A DNA stretch of 64,000 bases from Dehalococcoidia bacterium (GTDB taxonomy: Bacteria; Chloroflexota; Dehalococcoidia; Lucifugimonadales; UBA3495), in NCBI GenBank assembly GCA_963667765.2, contig CAXXON010000001.1:1055087-1119086 (forward strand), given 5' to 3'. Each line of letters opens with the position of its first letter. Position 1 is the stretch's first letter. The position numbers were made by a program, and so were the translations under genes. Of the stretch, positions 8,836 to 17,464 are shown in pieces. The notes below the pieces were generated by a model that saw nothing but the letters and a program-made list of their open reading frames with translations, ran no database searches and was not told the DNA's origin.

Positions 8836-9656
8836 TGAAGATAGTCGATTCCCAAATACACATCTGGGGCAAGAATCTGCCAGCAAACCCGGCGCACCGG
8901 CAGATTACATCCTACACGGCGGAGGATGTGCTGAGAGAGATGGACGAAGCCGGTGTGGACGCCGCGGTGATCCACCCGCCAGGCTGGGACCCTGACTCGG
9001 ACGAGATGGCAGTGGATGCGGCCCGTCTGTTCCCCAACCGGTTCTCCATCCTGGGCAAGTTCCCGCTGGACGACCCGTCCAGCCGGGAGCTGATCGATGG
9101 CTGGAAGCAACAGCCGGGTATGCTGGGATTGCGGTTCACCTTCCAGCTGCCACACCAGCAGACCTGGCCCACCGACGGCACGATGGACTGGCTATGGACC
9201 GCCGCGGAATCAGCGGGGCTGCCGGTGGGACTGGCGTGCGCCAACTTCCTTCCGGTGGTGGGGCAGGTGGCGGAGCGCCACCCCAACCTGAAGCTGATCG
9301 TCGACCACATGGGACGGGGACAGCGCGTTACCGATGACGAGGCCTTCGAGACACTGCCCGACCTGCTGGCGCTGGCCAAGTACCCCAACGTGGCCTGCAA
9401 GGCATCGGGGGCTCCCAGCTACTCGAGCGTTCCCTATCCGTACAACAACATCCACGACTATCTGCACCAGGTGTTCGACGCCTTCGGGCCCGACCGTACA
9501 TTCTGGGGCACGGACATTACCCGGATGCCCTGTTCATGGAAGGAGTGCATCACCCTCTTCACGGAGGAACTGCCCTGGCTGACCGGGGAGGACCTGGAGA
9601 AAGTGATGGGGCGGGCGCTCTGCAGCTGGATCGGGTGGGACCTTCCGGGGGTTTAG
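8835..9656 (+). CDS. Amidohydrolase-2 family metal-dependent hydrolase
   Basis: The N-terminus MKIVDSQIHIW and overall TIM-barrel amidohydrolase pattern (...VDHMGRG...). Confidence 0.75.
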   Translation: MKIVDSQIHIWGKNLPANPAHRQITSYTAEDVLREMDEAGVDAAVIHPPGWDPDSDEMAVDAARLFPNRFSILGKFPLDDPSSRELIDGWKQQPGMLGLRFTFQLPHQQTWPTDGTMDWLWTAAESAGLPVGLACANFLPVVGQVAERHPNLKLIVDHMGRGQRVTDDEAFETLPDLLALAKYPNVACKASGAPSYSSVPYPYNNIHDYLHQVFDAFGPDRTFWGTDITRMPCSWKECITLFTEELPWLTGEDLEKVMGRALCSWIGWDLPGV

Positions 9657-9688
9657 AAACTGTCGCAAGAACCGGTGCAAGCCAGAAA

Positions 9689-9715
9689 CCGTCATTCCCG
9701 CGAAAGCGGGAATCC
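9689..9715. repeat. REP family 1 solo hairpin
   Basis: ccgtcattcccgcgaaagcgggaatcc, 33 nt after the stop of the amidohydrolase gene. Confidence 0.8.
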
Positions 9716-9864
9716 AATGGTCCAGACCGTGTATCTGGCCGTTGAGATCAAGGGCATGACGGCTTTGAGATAGTTCCTTAGTCCTCAACGTCTTGGACGT
9801 AGAAAGCGCCGGGGTCGGGATTCAAGGCCTCGGCGCTTTTGCGTTTGTAGCCAATGGAAGAGCC

Positions 9865-10638
9865 TCAGAGTTCGACGGGGTTGCCGCTTATCATCCATTC
9901 GGCGTAGGAGCCGTCATAGAGGCGTACGTCGTAGCCTGCCTGCTTCATGGCGAGGTAGGGCAGGGCCGCTCGCAGCCCGCTGCGGCAGTAGGCAATCACC
10001 TGGTCGTCCTTGCCGATCCCAACGGATGAGAGTGCATTGCCGAGCAGGTCCGGTTCTATGAGCAGCCTGCCGTCCTGACCGGCCAGCTCGCTCCAGGCCA
10101 GATGGATGGACCCCGGGATGTGGCCCGGCCGCTGGTCGATCTCCACCTCGCCGCGATACTCCTCGGAGGAGCGGGTGTCCAGCAGCCTGGCGGAGCCGGG
10201 GCTGGCGGCATCCTCGACCAAGGCGCGGACTTCTCCCCGGACATGAGGGGTGAAGGCACGTGACTCAACCGGGACGGGGCGGTAGAGAACATCGCGGCCC
10301 TGCTCTTTCCAGTGGTCGTAAAGCAGGTCCATGATGTGGATGTCGTCGCGGCCAAGGTACTCCAGGATCCATGCGTTCATGGCTGCGTTGCGGCCGTCCT
10401 GCCCATCGTAGAGCACGGGAATCACATCGTCGCCGAGGCCGGCGGCCCCGAATACAGCGGCCATCTCATCCGGAGGGAGCAGGCGGGCCTGGGGGTCCTG
10501 CAGCTTCTTCAGGGGTACGCTGACCGCGCCTCTCAAGTGGCCCATGAGATAACGCATGGCCGACCGGGGATCAATGATCAGATACCCCGGCCGGCCTATG
10601 TGTTCCTCAACCCAATCGGCGGAAACGAAGGTCGCCAT
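9865..10638 (-). CDS. Tandem-rhodanese sulfurtransferase
   Basis: Two rhodanese modules with active-site loop AYCRSGLRA. The start is set at MATFVSADW (ATG 10638-10636), which forms an ATGA overlap with the upstream OsmC stop. Confidence 0.8.
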   Translation of the reverse strand: MATFVSADWVEEHIGRPGYLIIDPRSAMRYLMGHLRGAVSVPLKKLQDPQARLLPPDEMAAVFGAAGLGDDVIPVLYDGQDGRNAAMNAWILEYLGRDDIHIMDLLYDHWKEQGRDVLYRPVPVESRAFTPHVRGEVRALVEDAASPGSARLLDTRSSEEYRGEVEIDQRPGHIPGSIHLAWSELAGQDGRLLIEPDLLGNALSSVGIGKDDQVIAYCRSGLRAALPYLAMKQAGYDVRLYDGSYAEWMISGNPVEL

Positions 10639-11177
10639 CAGCCAATCGCTTCGAAGTCGGTGTTGACCTGCGTCGGGTTGACCACCGACTGGGTGACAGG
10701 CGAGCCCTCGACGGCCAGGCGCCAGATTTCGCGAAGGGTGGCCTCGTCGGCGTCGGCGCGGACATAGCACTTGGCGGAGATGTTGCCGTAGCCGGGGTTG
10801 CCCTCGTCCTCAACGCCTGCCCACTTGCGTATGTTGTCGAAGTAGCCCTCGACCGCGACTTCCAAGTCGTGGATGCGGACGCCCTGCTTGGTGGCGTTGA
10901 CCACGAAGCCGACGGTCATGCAGCTTCCGATGGCGGAGAGCAGTTGCTCGTGGGCGCTGGCCGCAACATCGGTGGCGGTGAGGTCGCCGGGTTCGTCCAT
11001 GTCGACGGTGTGATTGCGCATGAAGGCGCGGGCCTTCATCCCGCCCTGCCAGGCGACCCTGGACTTCCACGGGCCGGTTACCGCGTTAAATACTTCGGGG
11101 TCGCGGAAGGAATCCAGTACTTCCGCCAGCTTTTCCCTGGGGAGACCATTGAGGTCCCTTTCCGGTTCCTGTGCCAT
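10638..11177 (-). CDS. OsmC-family peroxiredoxin-like protein
   Basis: The two-Cys pattern (IGSCMTVG ... SAKCYV) matches OsmC/Ohr-fold proteins. The start is set at ATG 11177, preceded by AGGAG at a 7-nt spacing. Confidence 0.7.
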   Translation of the reverse strand: MAQEPERDLNGLPREKLAEVLDSFRDPEVFNAVTGPWKSRVAWQGGMKARAFMRNHTVDMDEPGDLTATDVAASAHEQLLSAIGSCMTVGFVVNATKQGVRIHDLEVAVEGYFDNIRKWAGVEDEGNPGYGNISAKCYVRADADEATLREIWRLAVEGSPVTQSVVNPTQVNTDFEAIG

Positions 11178-11248
11178 TACAGCGCTCCTAATAGTAGTTA
11201 GCTTGGGGTTACGTCCCCATCCCAAACCCTCCCACGGAGGGAGAGGAG

Positions 11249-12412
11249 TTAGGCGTATTCGGCCCGGAGGAGGTGGGCCGCCTCGGTGATGGTCCGCATC
11301 TTTTCCTTGGCCACCGCATGGGTGTTCACGTTTCGCTCAGCGAAGGTGCCGAAGCCGCAGTCGGGGTTGAGGTAGATCTTGTCCGGGTCGAAGTACTGCA
11401 ACAGTTCCTTGACTCGAGCCACGATCTGTTCGGGGGGCTCGATTTCGTCGGTGCGGGGGTTGACGACGCCCAGCCCGATTTCTTTCTCGTTGCTGTATTC
11501 CTTGAACACGTCCATCTCGCCCGCGCGGGGGGTGGCGCACTCCAGGACCAGCCGGTCGATGTTCATCTGCACCAGGTAGGGCAGCATGGGGCCGTAGTTG
11601 CCCTGGAGCAGGACTTCTTCCTTGCGGCTCCAGTTGCCGCGGCAAACATGCACGCCGGTCTTGATGCCGTCGATGCCCTCGAGTGTCTCGTTCATCAGCC
11701 TGACGGCCATCTCCAGTTCGTCGGTCGGGTCGCGGCGGTTGGGCAACGCGGCGCACATGAATGTCTCGGTGGTTTCCTCTCCGAACACCACCTGCGACAG
11801 CGTGGGCTCGTCCAGCTGCACGAAGTCGCAGCCAGCATCCCGCAGAGCGACGATTTCCTCCCGCAGCAGGGCCACCACGTCCCGCGCCAAGTCGTCGGGC
11901 GTGGGATACGCCTTGTCCGACAGCCCCTCGAACCACGCCGACCGAGTCAGCATGTAGGGCCCTGGAATGGGAACCATGACGGCCCGGCCGGTGTGCTCTT
12001 TCAGGAAGGTCAGCTCGTCGAGAGCCAGGCCCTGTCTCTTGGTGATGTGGTCGATGGCGATGGGGCTCTTGATGGCGAAGGCCGGAACGTCCAGGGCCCG
12101 CAGCACTTCCTCCATCCGGGCACGGTCGGACGAGTAGTTCAGCAGCTCGGAGACCTTCATAAGCTGCATGCCGTTTAGCTTGTCGACGGCGAAGGAGTAG
12201 AAGTTGTCGCGGCGCTGTTCGCCGTCGCTGAGGATGTCCACGCCGGCTTCTTCCTGTGCGCGGATACAGGCAAGGACTTCGTCGTCGGCGACTTTGCTGA
12301 AGTCGGCGTAGGTGCTTTCGCCGGCCTCCTTGCTGCGCAGGGCGCGGACGAGATCGTTGGAGCGGGGCCAGCTACCGACCACCGTGACTGGAAACAGAGG
12401 GATATCTGCCAT
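11249..12412 (-). CDS. Cobalamin-independent methionine synthase family protein (MetE C-terminal-domain type)
   Basis: 387 aa. N-terminus ...VTVVGSWPRS and Zn-ligand contexts GVHVCRGNW and YLNPDCGFGT. Confidence 0.8.
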   Translation of the reverse strand: MADIPLFPVTVVGSWPRSNDLVRALRSKEAGESTYADFSKVADDEVLACIRAQEEAGVDILSDGEQRRDNFYSFAVDKLNGMQLMKVSELLNYSSDRARMEEVLRALDVPAFAIKSPIAIDHITKRQGLALDELTFLKEHTGRAVMVPIPGPYMLTRSAWFEGLSDKAYPTPDDLARDVVALLREEIVALRDAGCDFVQLDEPTLSQVVFGEETTETFMCAALPNRRDPTDELEMAVRLMNETLEGIDGIKTGVHVCRGNWSRKEEVLLQGNYGPMLPYLVQMNIDRLVLECATPRAGEMDVFKEYSNEKEIGLGVVNPRTDEIEPPEQIVARVKELLQYFDPDKIYLNPDCGFGTFAERNVNTHAVAKEKMRTITEAAHLLRAEYA

Positions 12413-12506
12413 TTTTTTCTCCCGGGGCTGGGCGCCCCTCTGCCGGACGGGGCCGGCCCAAATTGGACAAGTTACAGCCGCGAATCAGCAAGAATCGCGC
12501 TTTTGA

Positions 12507-12535
12507 AATGTATCGGCAGCGCCCAGTCATGTCAA
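12507..12535 (-). promoter_or_regulatory. Sigma-70-like promoter for the MetE-like gene
   Basis: On the minus strand, TTGACA (12535-12530), a 17-nt spacer, then TACATT (12512-12507). This gives a ~90-nt leader. Confidence 0.35.
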
Positions 12536-12583
12536 CCATCAGAGAATTACCCAGCAGGGCTATCTCATTTGGAATTCCACAAT

Positions 12584-12669
12584 CCGTCCCTCCCGCGAAA
12601 GATCCGTCCTTCCCGCGAAAAAGTTCCATTGCCGCGAAAGATCCGTCATTCCCGCGAAGGCGGGAATCC
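12584..12669. repeat. REP family 1: three degenerate tandem half-sites followed by a full hairpin
   Basis: ccgtccctcccgcgaaagat / ccgtccttcccgcgaaaaagtt / ccattgccgcgaaagat / ccgtcattcccgcgaaggcgggaatcc. Confidence 0.75.
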
Positions 12670-13070
12670 AGTGGCCTGCATCACAGGTAATGCCGCCAGT
12701 TGTGGACGGTCTGAGCCTGGAGGTCTGGGTCAGCCGGAGTCTCGATAGCCCTGTATAACCGGGAGGAAGCGATAACCCAGAAGAAGCCGTGGCAGCGATT
12801 CGAAACAGTGCAGCTACCGCAAAGACCGGGAATAACTGGGGGATATCGATGTCTGGATGAACTGGATTTTCAAATTGCAAGACCCCGGCGAGAGCCATAC
12901 CAACCGAGCCGTCGGCATGTTTGGCCTGGATTGCCGTAGCTTCATCAGCTTGATGGGAAGTCGCAATGGCGGGGAAATTGACGCTTCTTTGAGTGGCCGG
13001 GTTCCCTTGATTCGAGCAAGTCAGGACGCACGAGGACCGGCGAGAGCAATTGCCGCGCTGCATGAAACTA

Positions 13071-13100
13071 TTGACTTTCCCGCTGTCCCTATCCTATAGT
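13071..13100 (+). promoter_or_regulatory. Sigma-70-like promoter for the ABC importer operon
   Basis: TTGACT (13071-13076), an 18-nt spacer, then TATAGT (13095-13100). This gives a ~190-nt leader before ATG 13299. Confidence 0.35.
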
Positions 13101-13298
13101 CCGCTGAACCTTTATATGGAGATGGGAGATAGTTACAAGTTAGCCTGATACCGCAAGTTATGCGTCGAAATTCGTACAGATTAGAGACTTTCCGCTGAAT
13201 AATCGTACAATCACTGTCGACGAGCGGTTATCGATCGAGGAAGGGTCATTCGGGAATAAACGGGCGTCGGGCGCCCTATCTCTGGAGGTCTTCACAAG

Positions 13299-15185
13299 AT
13301 GTCAAAGATTTTCTGGAATCCGGGACTGTTGCTGTTGAGCCTGCTGGTCATGGGGCTGCTGTTCGTAGTGGCCTGCGGAGGCGCGGACCAGCCCGAGGAA
13401 CCTGCGGCGACCAGTAGTAGCCCGGGCGCAACCACGGCGCCTGCGGAAACGGCGGCTCCCTCAGCCACCGAGGCACCTTCGCAGCAGCAGGCTGCAGGCG
13501 CAGCCAACACGCCGACTCCCGAACCGGAAGCTACGGTAATGGCGATGACCACCTCAGGTCCGGACCCTACGGCGACACCGGCGCCCGAGGAAGCGGCTGA
13601 GGCGATAACGGCTAACCAGGCGATGGCGAAATCAGAGGGCAAGTACGGCGGCGTGATTGACATGCACGTAGCCGGAAACGTGGCCCACTGGAACATTATG
13701 GAGTGCGGTTCGGGCGGAACCTGCATGTCGCCCACCTCTCCGTTCTCCAACGGCTTGGTCCACTACAACGGTGAGACCCCCGAGCCGCTGGATATTCGTG
13801 GCGATCTTGCCACTGGCTGGACGGTGGACGAGGCTGGCACCACCTACCTGTTCAACCTGCCGGAGAATGCCCGCTGGCATGACGGGGTTGACATCACCTC
13901 GGACGACGTCGTTTTCAGCATCAACGAGATGCTGAGGACTGATGTGCCCCGGCCCAGGTCAGGCCAGATACGGCCATACGTGAAGACGGTTGAGGCAGTG
14001 GGGCCCCACCAGGTACAGATCGACCTGCACTTCCCCTCGTCTGCCTTCCTGGCCTTCCTGGCCACCGACTTCATGAAGATGTGGCCCAAGCACCATGTTG
14101 GCGACGATCCGGACACCCAGAAGAACATGCGCCTTGAGGAGAATATCCTCGGTTCCGGGCCGTTCAAGATGGTGGAACACGAGAAGGACTCGGTCTACCG
14201 GTGGGAGAAGAACGAGGACTACTTCAAGGAAGGCCTGCCGTACTTCGACGGGATGAATTACTTCATCATCAACGACCCCAGCCGCATCCTGGCGGCCTAT
14301 AAGGCTGAACAGGTGCTGATGACGGTCTACCTGAACAGCAACATGAACGTCAGGGCTGGCCAGGAATTGCAAGAGCACCGGGAGGGCAAAGGCCGGGTGT
14401 TCTTCGCCGGGCCGACGCTCTGGCACGGAATGCTGATCAACACGGAAAAGGAGCCCTTCAACGACGTGCGGGTGCGGCGGGCTCTGAACCTGATCCTGCA
14501 CCGGCAGGCATTCAACGAAACCTTCGGCGCTGGCGAATACCAGATCGGTTCGCCGTTGCCGCCGGACCAGTGGTTCGGGCGCACCACCGAGGAGTGGCTG
14601 GCTTGGCCTGGGATGAGGGAGACTGACGACGGTCAGAAGCACCCCGACGACATTGCTGAGGCCAAGCGATTGATGGCCGAGGCTGGCTATCCCGACGGGT
14701 TCGAGACCACCATCCTTGCGGCCAACTTCCTGTCCTTCCCCGACATGGCCCAGGTGGCCGCCAGTCAGATGGAACGGTGGCTGAACATCAAGGCGACCGT
14801 GCAGCCTGAAGAGCCCGCCGCTGGGTATGTCCGCTACGAGGCGGGGGACTGGAGCCTGGGCTTCCACGGCAACGGCATCCTGGTCATGGACCCGGACCAG
14901 CTCGTGGCCGGAAGCTACCTGAGCAAGGCCACCCGCAACTACAGCGCATGGGAGCCTGAAAAGGTCCGCGAACTCTACGACGCCCAGATAGTAGAGACAG
15001 ACACGGAGAAGCGGCGCCAGCTGGTGCTGGAGCTGGGCGACTACTTGGCCAACGAGGACACCCACGTCGTGATCACAACTTGGGCGATGCTGGTTCCCTA
15101 TGTGGATAACCGGATCAAGAACTACAACATCGCATCGGGCTTCGCCAACCACACTAACAAGGAACACCTCTGGTACGAGGAATAG
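13299..15185 (+). CDS. ABC transporter substrate-binding lipoprotein, family 5 (peptide/nickel type)
   Basis: 628 aa. Signal peptide plus lipobox (VVACGG), an A/T/P-rich linker, and SBP_bac_5-like body (...RWHDGVDITSDDVVFS...). Confidence 0.85.
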   Translation: MSKIFWNPGLLLLSLLVMGLLFVVACGGADQPEEPAATSSSPGATTAPAETAAPSATEAPSQQQAAGAANTPTPEPEATVMAMTTSGPDPTATPAPEEAAEAITANQAMAKSEGKYGGVIDMHVAGNVAHWNIMECGSGGTCMSPTSPFSNGLVHYNGETPEPLDIRGDLATGWTVDEAGTTYLFNLPENARWHDGVDITSDDVVFSINEMLRTDVPRPRSGQIRPYVKTVEAVGPHQVQIDLHFPSSAFLAFLATDFMKMWPKHHVGDDPDTQKNMRLEENILGSGPFKMVEHEKDSVYRWEKNEDYFKEGLPYFDGMNYFIINDPSRILAAYKAEQVLMTVYLNSNMNVRAGQELQEHREGKGRVFFAGPTLWHGMLINTEKEPFNDVRVRRALNLILHRQAFNETFGAGEYQIGSPLPPDQWFGRTTEEWLAWPGMRETDDGQKHPDDIAEAKRLMAEAGYPDGFETTILAANFLSFPDMAQVAASQMERWLNIKATVQPEEPAAGYVRYEAGDWSLGFHGNGILVMDPDQLVAGSYLSKATRNYSAWEPEKVRELYDAQIVETDTEKRRQLVLELGDYLANEDTHVVITTWAMLVPYVDNRIKNYNIASGFANHTNKEHLWYEE

Positions 15186-15192
15186 GGTCAAT

Positions 15193-15224
15193 CAGCAGGG
15201 GCGCAGTCAGCTGCGCCCCTGCTG
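15193..15224 (+). terminator. Intra-operon hairpin after the binding-protein gene (attenuator-type, no T-tract)
   Basis: Perfect 14-bp stem CAGCAGGGGCGCAG-tcag-CTGCGCCCCTGCTG. Confidence 0.35.
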
Positions 15225-15342
15225 CATCCCCATGGTTTCATGCCGGGCCAGCTTTGTTTGATCAAGGGTCTGTCGGACTTGAGCCCGGACTATCGGACCC
15301 GAATAGATAGTCATTGAATTCGTGGCGTAGACGGAGAAGAGA

Positions 15343-16302
15343 ATGAATCTATACGTGGTAAAGAGGTTGCTGCTCTTTATACCTACGTTGTTGCTGGTCA
15401 CCGTCATCGTCTTCTCCCTGATGCGGCTCATTCCCGGGGATCCGGCCTACCTGCGCCTGATCGGAACGGACGGGGACGCGGAATTCACCCAGGAGCAACT
15501 GGAAGACCTGCAGGCGCAGTTGGGCACGGACAAGCCGCTGGTCCAGCAGTACGTGTTCTGGATATGGGACATGCTTCGCGGCGACCTGGGCCTGTCTATG
15601 ATCTACGACACCCCGATCGTAGACGACATCAAGTCCCGTCTCCCCATAACGATAGAGTTGACCTTGCTTTCCCTGGCGCTTGCGACGGTAATAGCCGTTC
15701 CGCTGGGGGTGATTTCGGCTGTGATGCAAGACTCGCCAGCCGATTATGCATCGAGGATCATCGCCATCTCCGGCGTTGCCATACCCAACTTCTGGCTGGC
15801 GATCCTGATAATCATCGTTCTGGTGAATGTTTTCGGCTGGCTCGCTCCGTTGGGGTACAGCGACTTATGGGAAGACCCGCTGAACAACCTGCAACAGCTC
15901 ATCTTTCCAGCCATAGCGCTCGGGTTCTATAACATGGCGCTGATTGCCCGTGTGACCCGCAGTGCCATGCTGGAGGTATTCCGCGAGGACTACATCAGGA
16001 CGGCCCGGTCCAAGGGCCTGAACGAGAGGGTGGTGATTGTGCGCCATGCCCTCAAGAATGCCTCGCTGCCGGTGCTGACCATCTCCGGTTGGCAAATAGG
16101 CCGCCTGCTGGCCGGAACCGTGGTAATCGAGCAGATTTTCCTCGTTCCGGGCATGGGTAAACTGCTCATAGACAGCATCTTTGCCCGCGACTTCACCATG
16201 ATCCAGGCCATAGTGATGATGGTGGCGACGATGGTGTTGCTCCTCAACCTGATCGTTGACCTGATGTATGGCTGGCTGGACCCCAGGATTCGCTACGCCT
16301 AA
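15343..16302 (+). CDS. ABC transporter permease (DppB/OppB type)
   Basis: 319 aa. N-terminus YVVKRLLLFIPTLLLVTVIVFSLMRLIPGDPA and the EAA-like loop ...YIRTARSKGL are typical. Confidence 0.9.
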   Translation: MNLYVVKRLLLFIPTLLLVTVIVFSLMRLIPGDPAYLRLIGTDGDAEFTQEQLEDLQAQLGTDKPLVQQYVFWIWDMLRGDLGLSMIYDTPIVDDIKSRLPITIELTLLSLALATVIAVPLGVISAVMQDSPADYASRIIAISGVAIPNFWLAILIIIVLVNVFGWLAPLGYSDLWEDPLNNLQQLIFPAIALGFYNMALIARVTRSAMLEVFREDYIRTARSKGLNERVVIVRHALKNASLPVLTISGWQIGRLLAGTVVIEQIFLVPGMGKLLIDSIFARDFTMIQAIVMMVATMVLLLNLIVDLMYGWLDPRIRYA

Positions 16303-16334
16303 CCAAAATCGCCCGACGCCCTGGAGGTAGTCAA

Positions 16335-17255
16335 GTGGCCGTTTTCCGCACTGAAGAAAGGGAAGAGAGGGTAGACGTCCTAGCCGTGCCCGAGGGCATG
16401 CGCACCAAGCTGAATCTGTGGCAAAACCTGCTCAAATTCGTCAAGGACAAGCCACTCGGGGCCTTCGGCGGAACGGTTGCGATACTCCTGATCGTTCTCG
16501 CGGTCGCGGCTCCCCTCGTGGCTACCCACAATCCCGAGTTGACGAACTACCGGGCGGTGCTGGCCGAGCCCAGTTCGGAAATGCTTCTTGGCGGAGACCA
16601 GATCGGGCGCGATGTGTTCAGCCGCTTGGTTTATGGCACCCGCATCTCCCTGCTGGTTGGCATTTTGAGCGTGCTCTTCGGTGTGACCATCGGTCTCGCC
16701 GTCGGACTGGTAAGCGGCTATTTCGGCGGTAGCGTGGACTTGGTGGTGCAACGGTTGATGGACGCCGTAATGGCCTTTCCCGCGTTGATTCTGGCGCTTT
16801 CAATTATGGCGGTCATGGGGGCGTCAATCGTCAATGTCATCATCGCGCTGTCGGCGGTGTTCGTGCCGGGAGCTGCGCGCACGATTCGTTCGCAAGCGCT
16901 GAGCATCAAGGAGACCGATTACATACTCGCCGCCAAGGCGATAGGGGTGACCGACCTGCGCATAATGGTGCGGCACATGGCTCCCAACCTGGCAGCCACC
17001 TACATCGTGCTGGCGACCATATCCCTGGGCTGGGCCATTGTTGTTGAAGCCTCGCTGAGCTTCTTGGGCGTCGGAGTGCCGCCCAACGTGCCCACTTGGG
17101 GCGGGATGCTGACCGGAGCCACCGAATTCGTCGAGACGGCATGGTGGGTTGCTGTATTCCCGGGACTGGCGATCGCCGTCGTCGTGTTCGCGTGGAACCT
17201 GCTGGGCGACGCCCTCCGGGACGTGCTGGATCCGAAGCTGCGAGGTTCCAACTAA
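16335..17255 (+). CDS. ABC transporter permease (DppC/OppC type)
   Basis: 306 aa. ...LLGGDQIGRDVFSRLVYGTRISL... and ...YILAAKAIGV... are typical of OppC/DppC. Confidence 0.9.
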   Translation: MAVFRTEEREERVDVLAVPEGMRTKLNLWQNLLKFVKDKPLGAFGGTVAILLIVLAVAAPLVATHNPELTNYRAVLAEPSSEMLLGGDQIGRDVFSRLVYGTRISLLVGILSVLFGVTIGLAVGLVSGYFGGSVDLVVQRLMDAVMAFPALILALSIMAVMGASIVNVIIALSAVFVPGAARTIRSQALSIKETDYILAAKAIGVTDLRIMVRHMAPNLAATYIVLATISLGWAIVVEASLSFLGVGVPPNVPTWGGMLTGATEFVETAWWVAVFPGLAIAVVVFAWNLLGDALRDVLDPKLRGSN

Positions 17256-17274
17256 AGCAGAAGCCCTGGCCTTA

Positions 17275-17323
17275 CCCCTTCATCCTGAGCCGGGCACCCC
17301 TTCATCCTGAGCTTGTCGAAGGA
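17275..17323. repeat. REP family 2: direct duplication of ccccttcatcctgagc followed by ttgtcgaagga
   Basis: Copies at 17275-17290 and 17297-17312, right after the permease stop. Confidence 0.6.
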
Positions 17324-17331
17324 ATACTCGA

Positions 17332-17359
17332 GAAGCCCCTCTCTTACGGGAGGGGCTTC
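17332..17359 (+). terminator. Hairpin after the permease gene
   Basis: 10-bp stem GAAGCCCCTC / GAGGGGCTTC with an 8-nt loop and no clear T-tract. Confidence 0.4.
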
Positions 17360-17464
17360 GCTGTTGCGGCTCACTCCGTTTGACATTCCACTACTGGCGG
17401 CTATAGTGAGAGTCGGTCCCGGGGCGCGGACCGAAGTAGAAAATTCAACCTGCCGGAGGTACGA

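Noticed and set aside
12584-12669. Possible CRISPR array, suggested by the repeated cattcccgcgaaag units (also at 23197-23263).
   Set aside because: The period is only ~17-21 nt with no unique spacers. The units are halves of the REP hairpin. No cas genes are present.
12830-13045. Cobalamin riboswitch on the plus strand upstream of the ABC operon, or on the minus strand for the MetE-like gene.
   Set aside because: Only fragmentary matches were found (GGGAAG-type and B12-box-like pieces with an 8-nt insertion). There is no GCCACTG box outside the REP element. The best plus-strand promoter lies downstream of the candidate. The question is left to an Infernal search.
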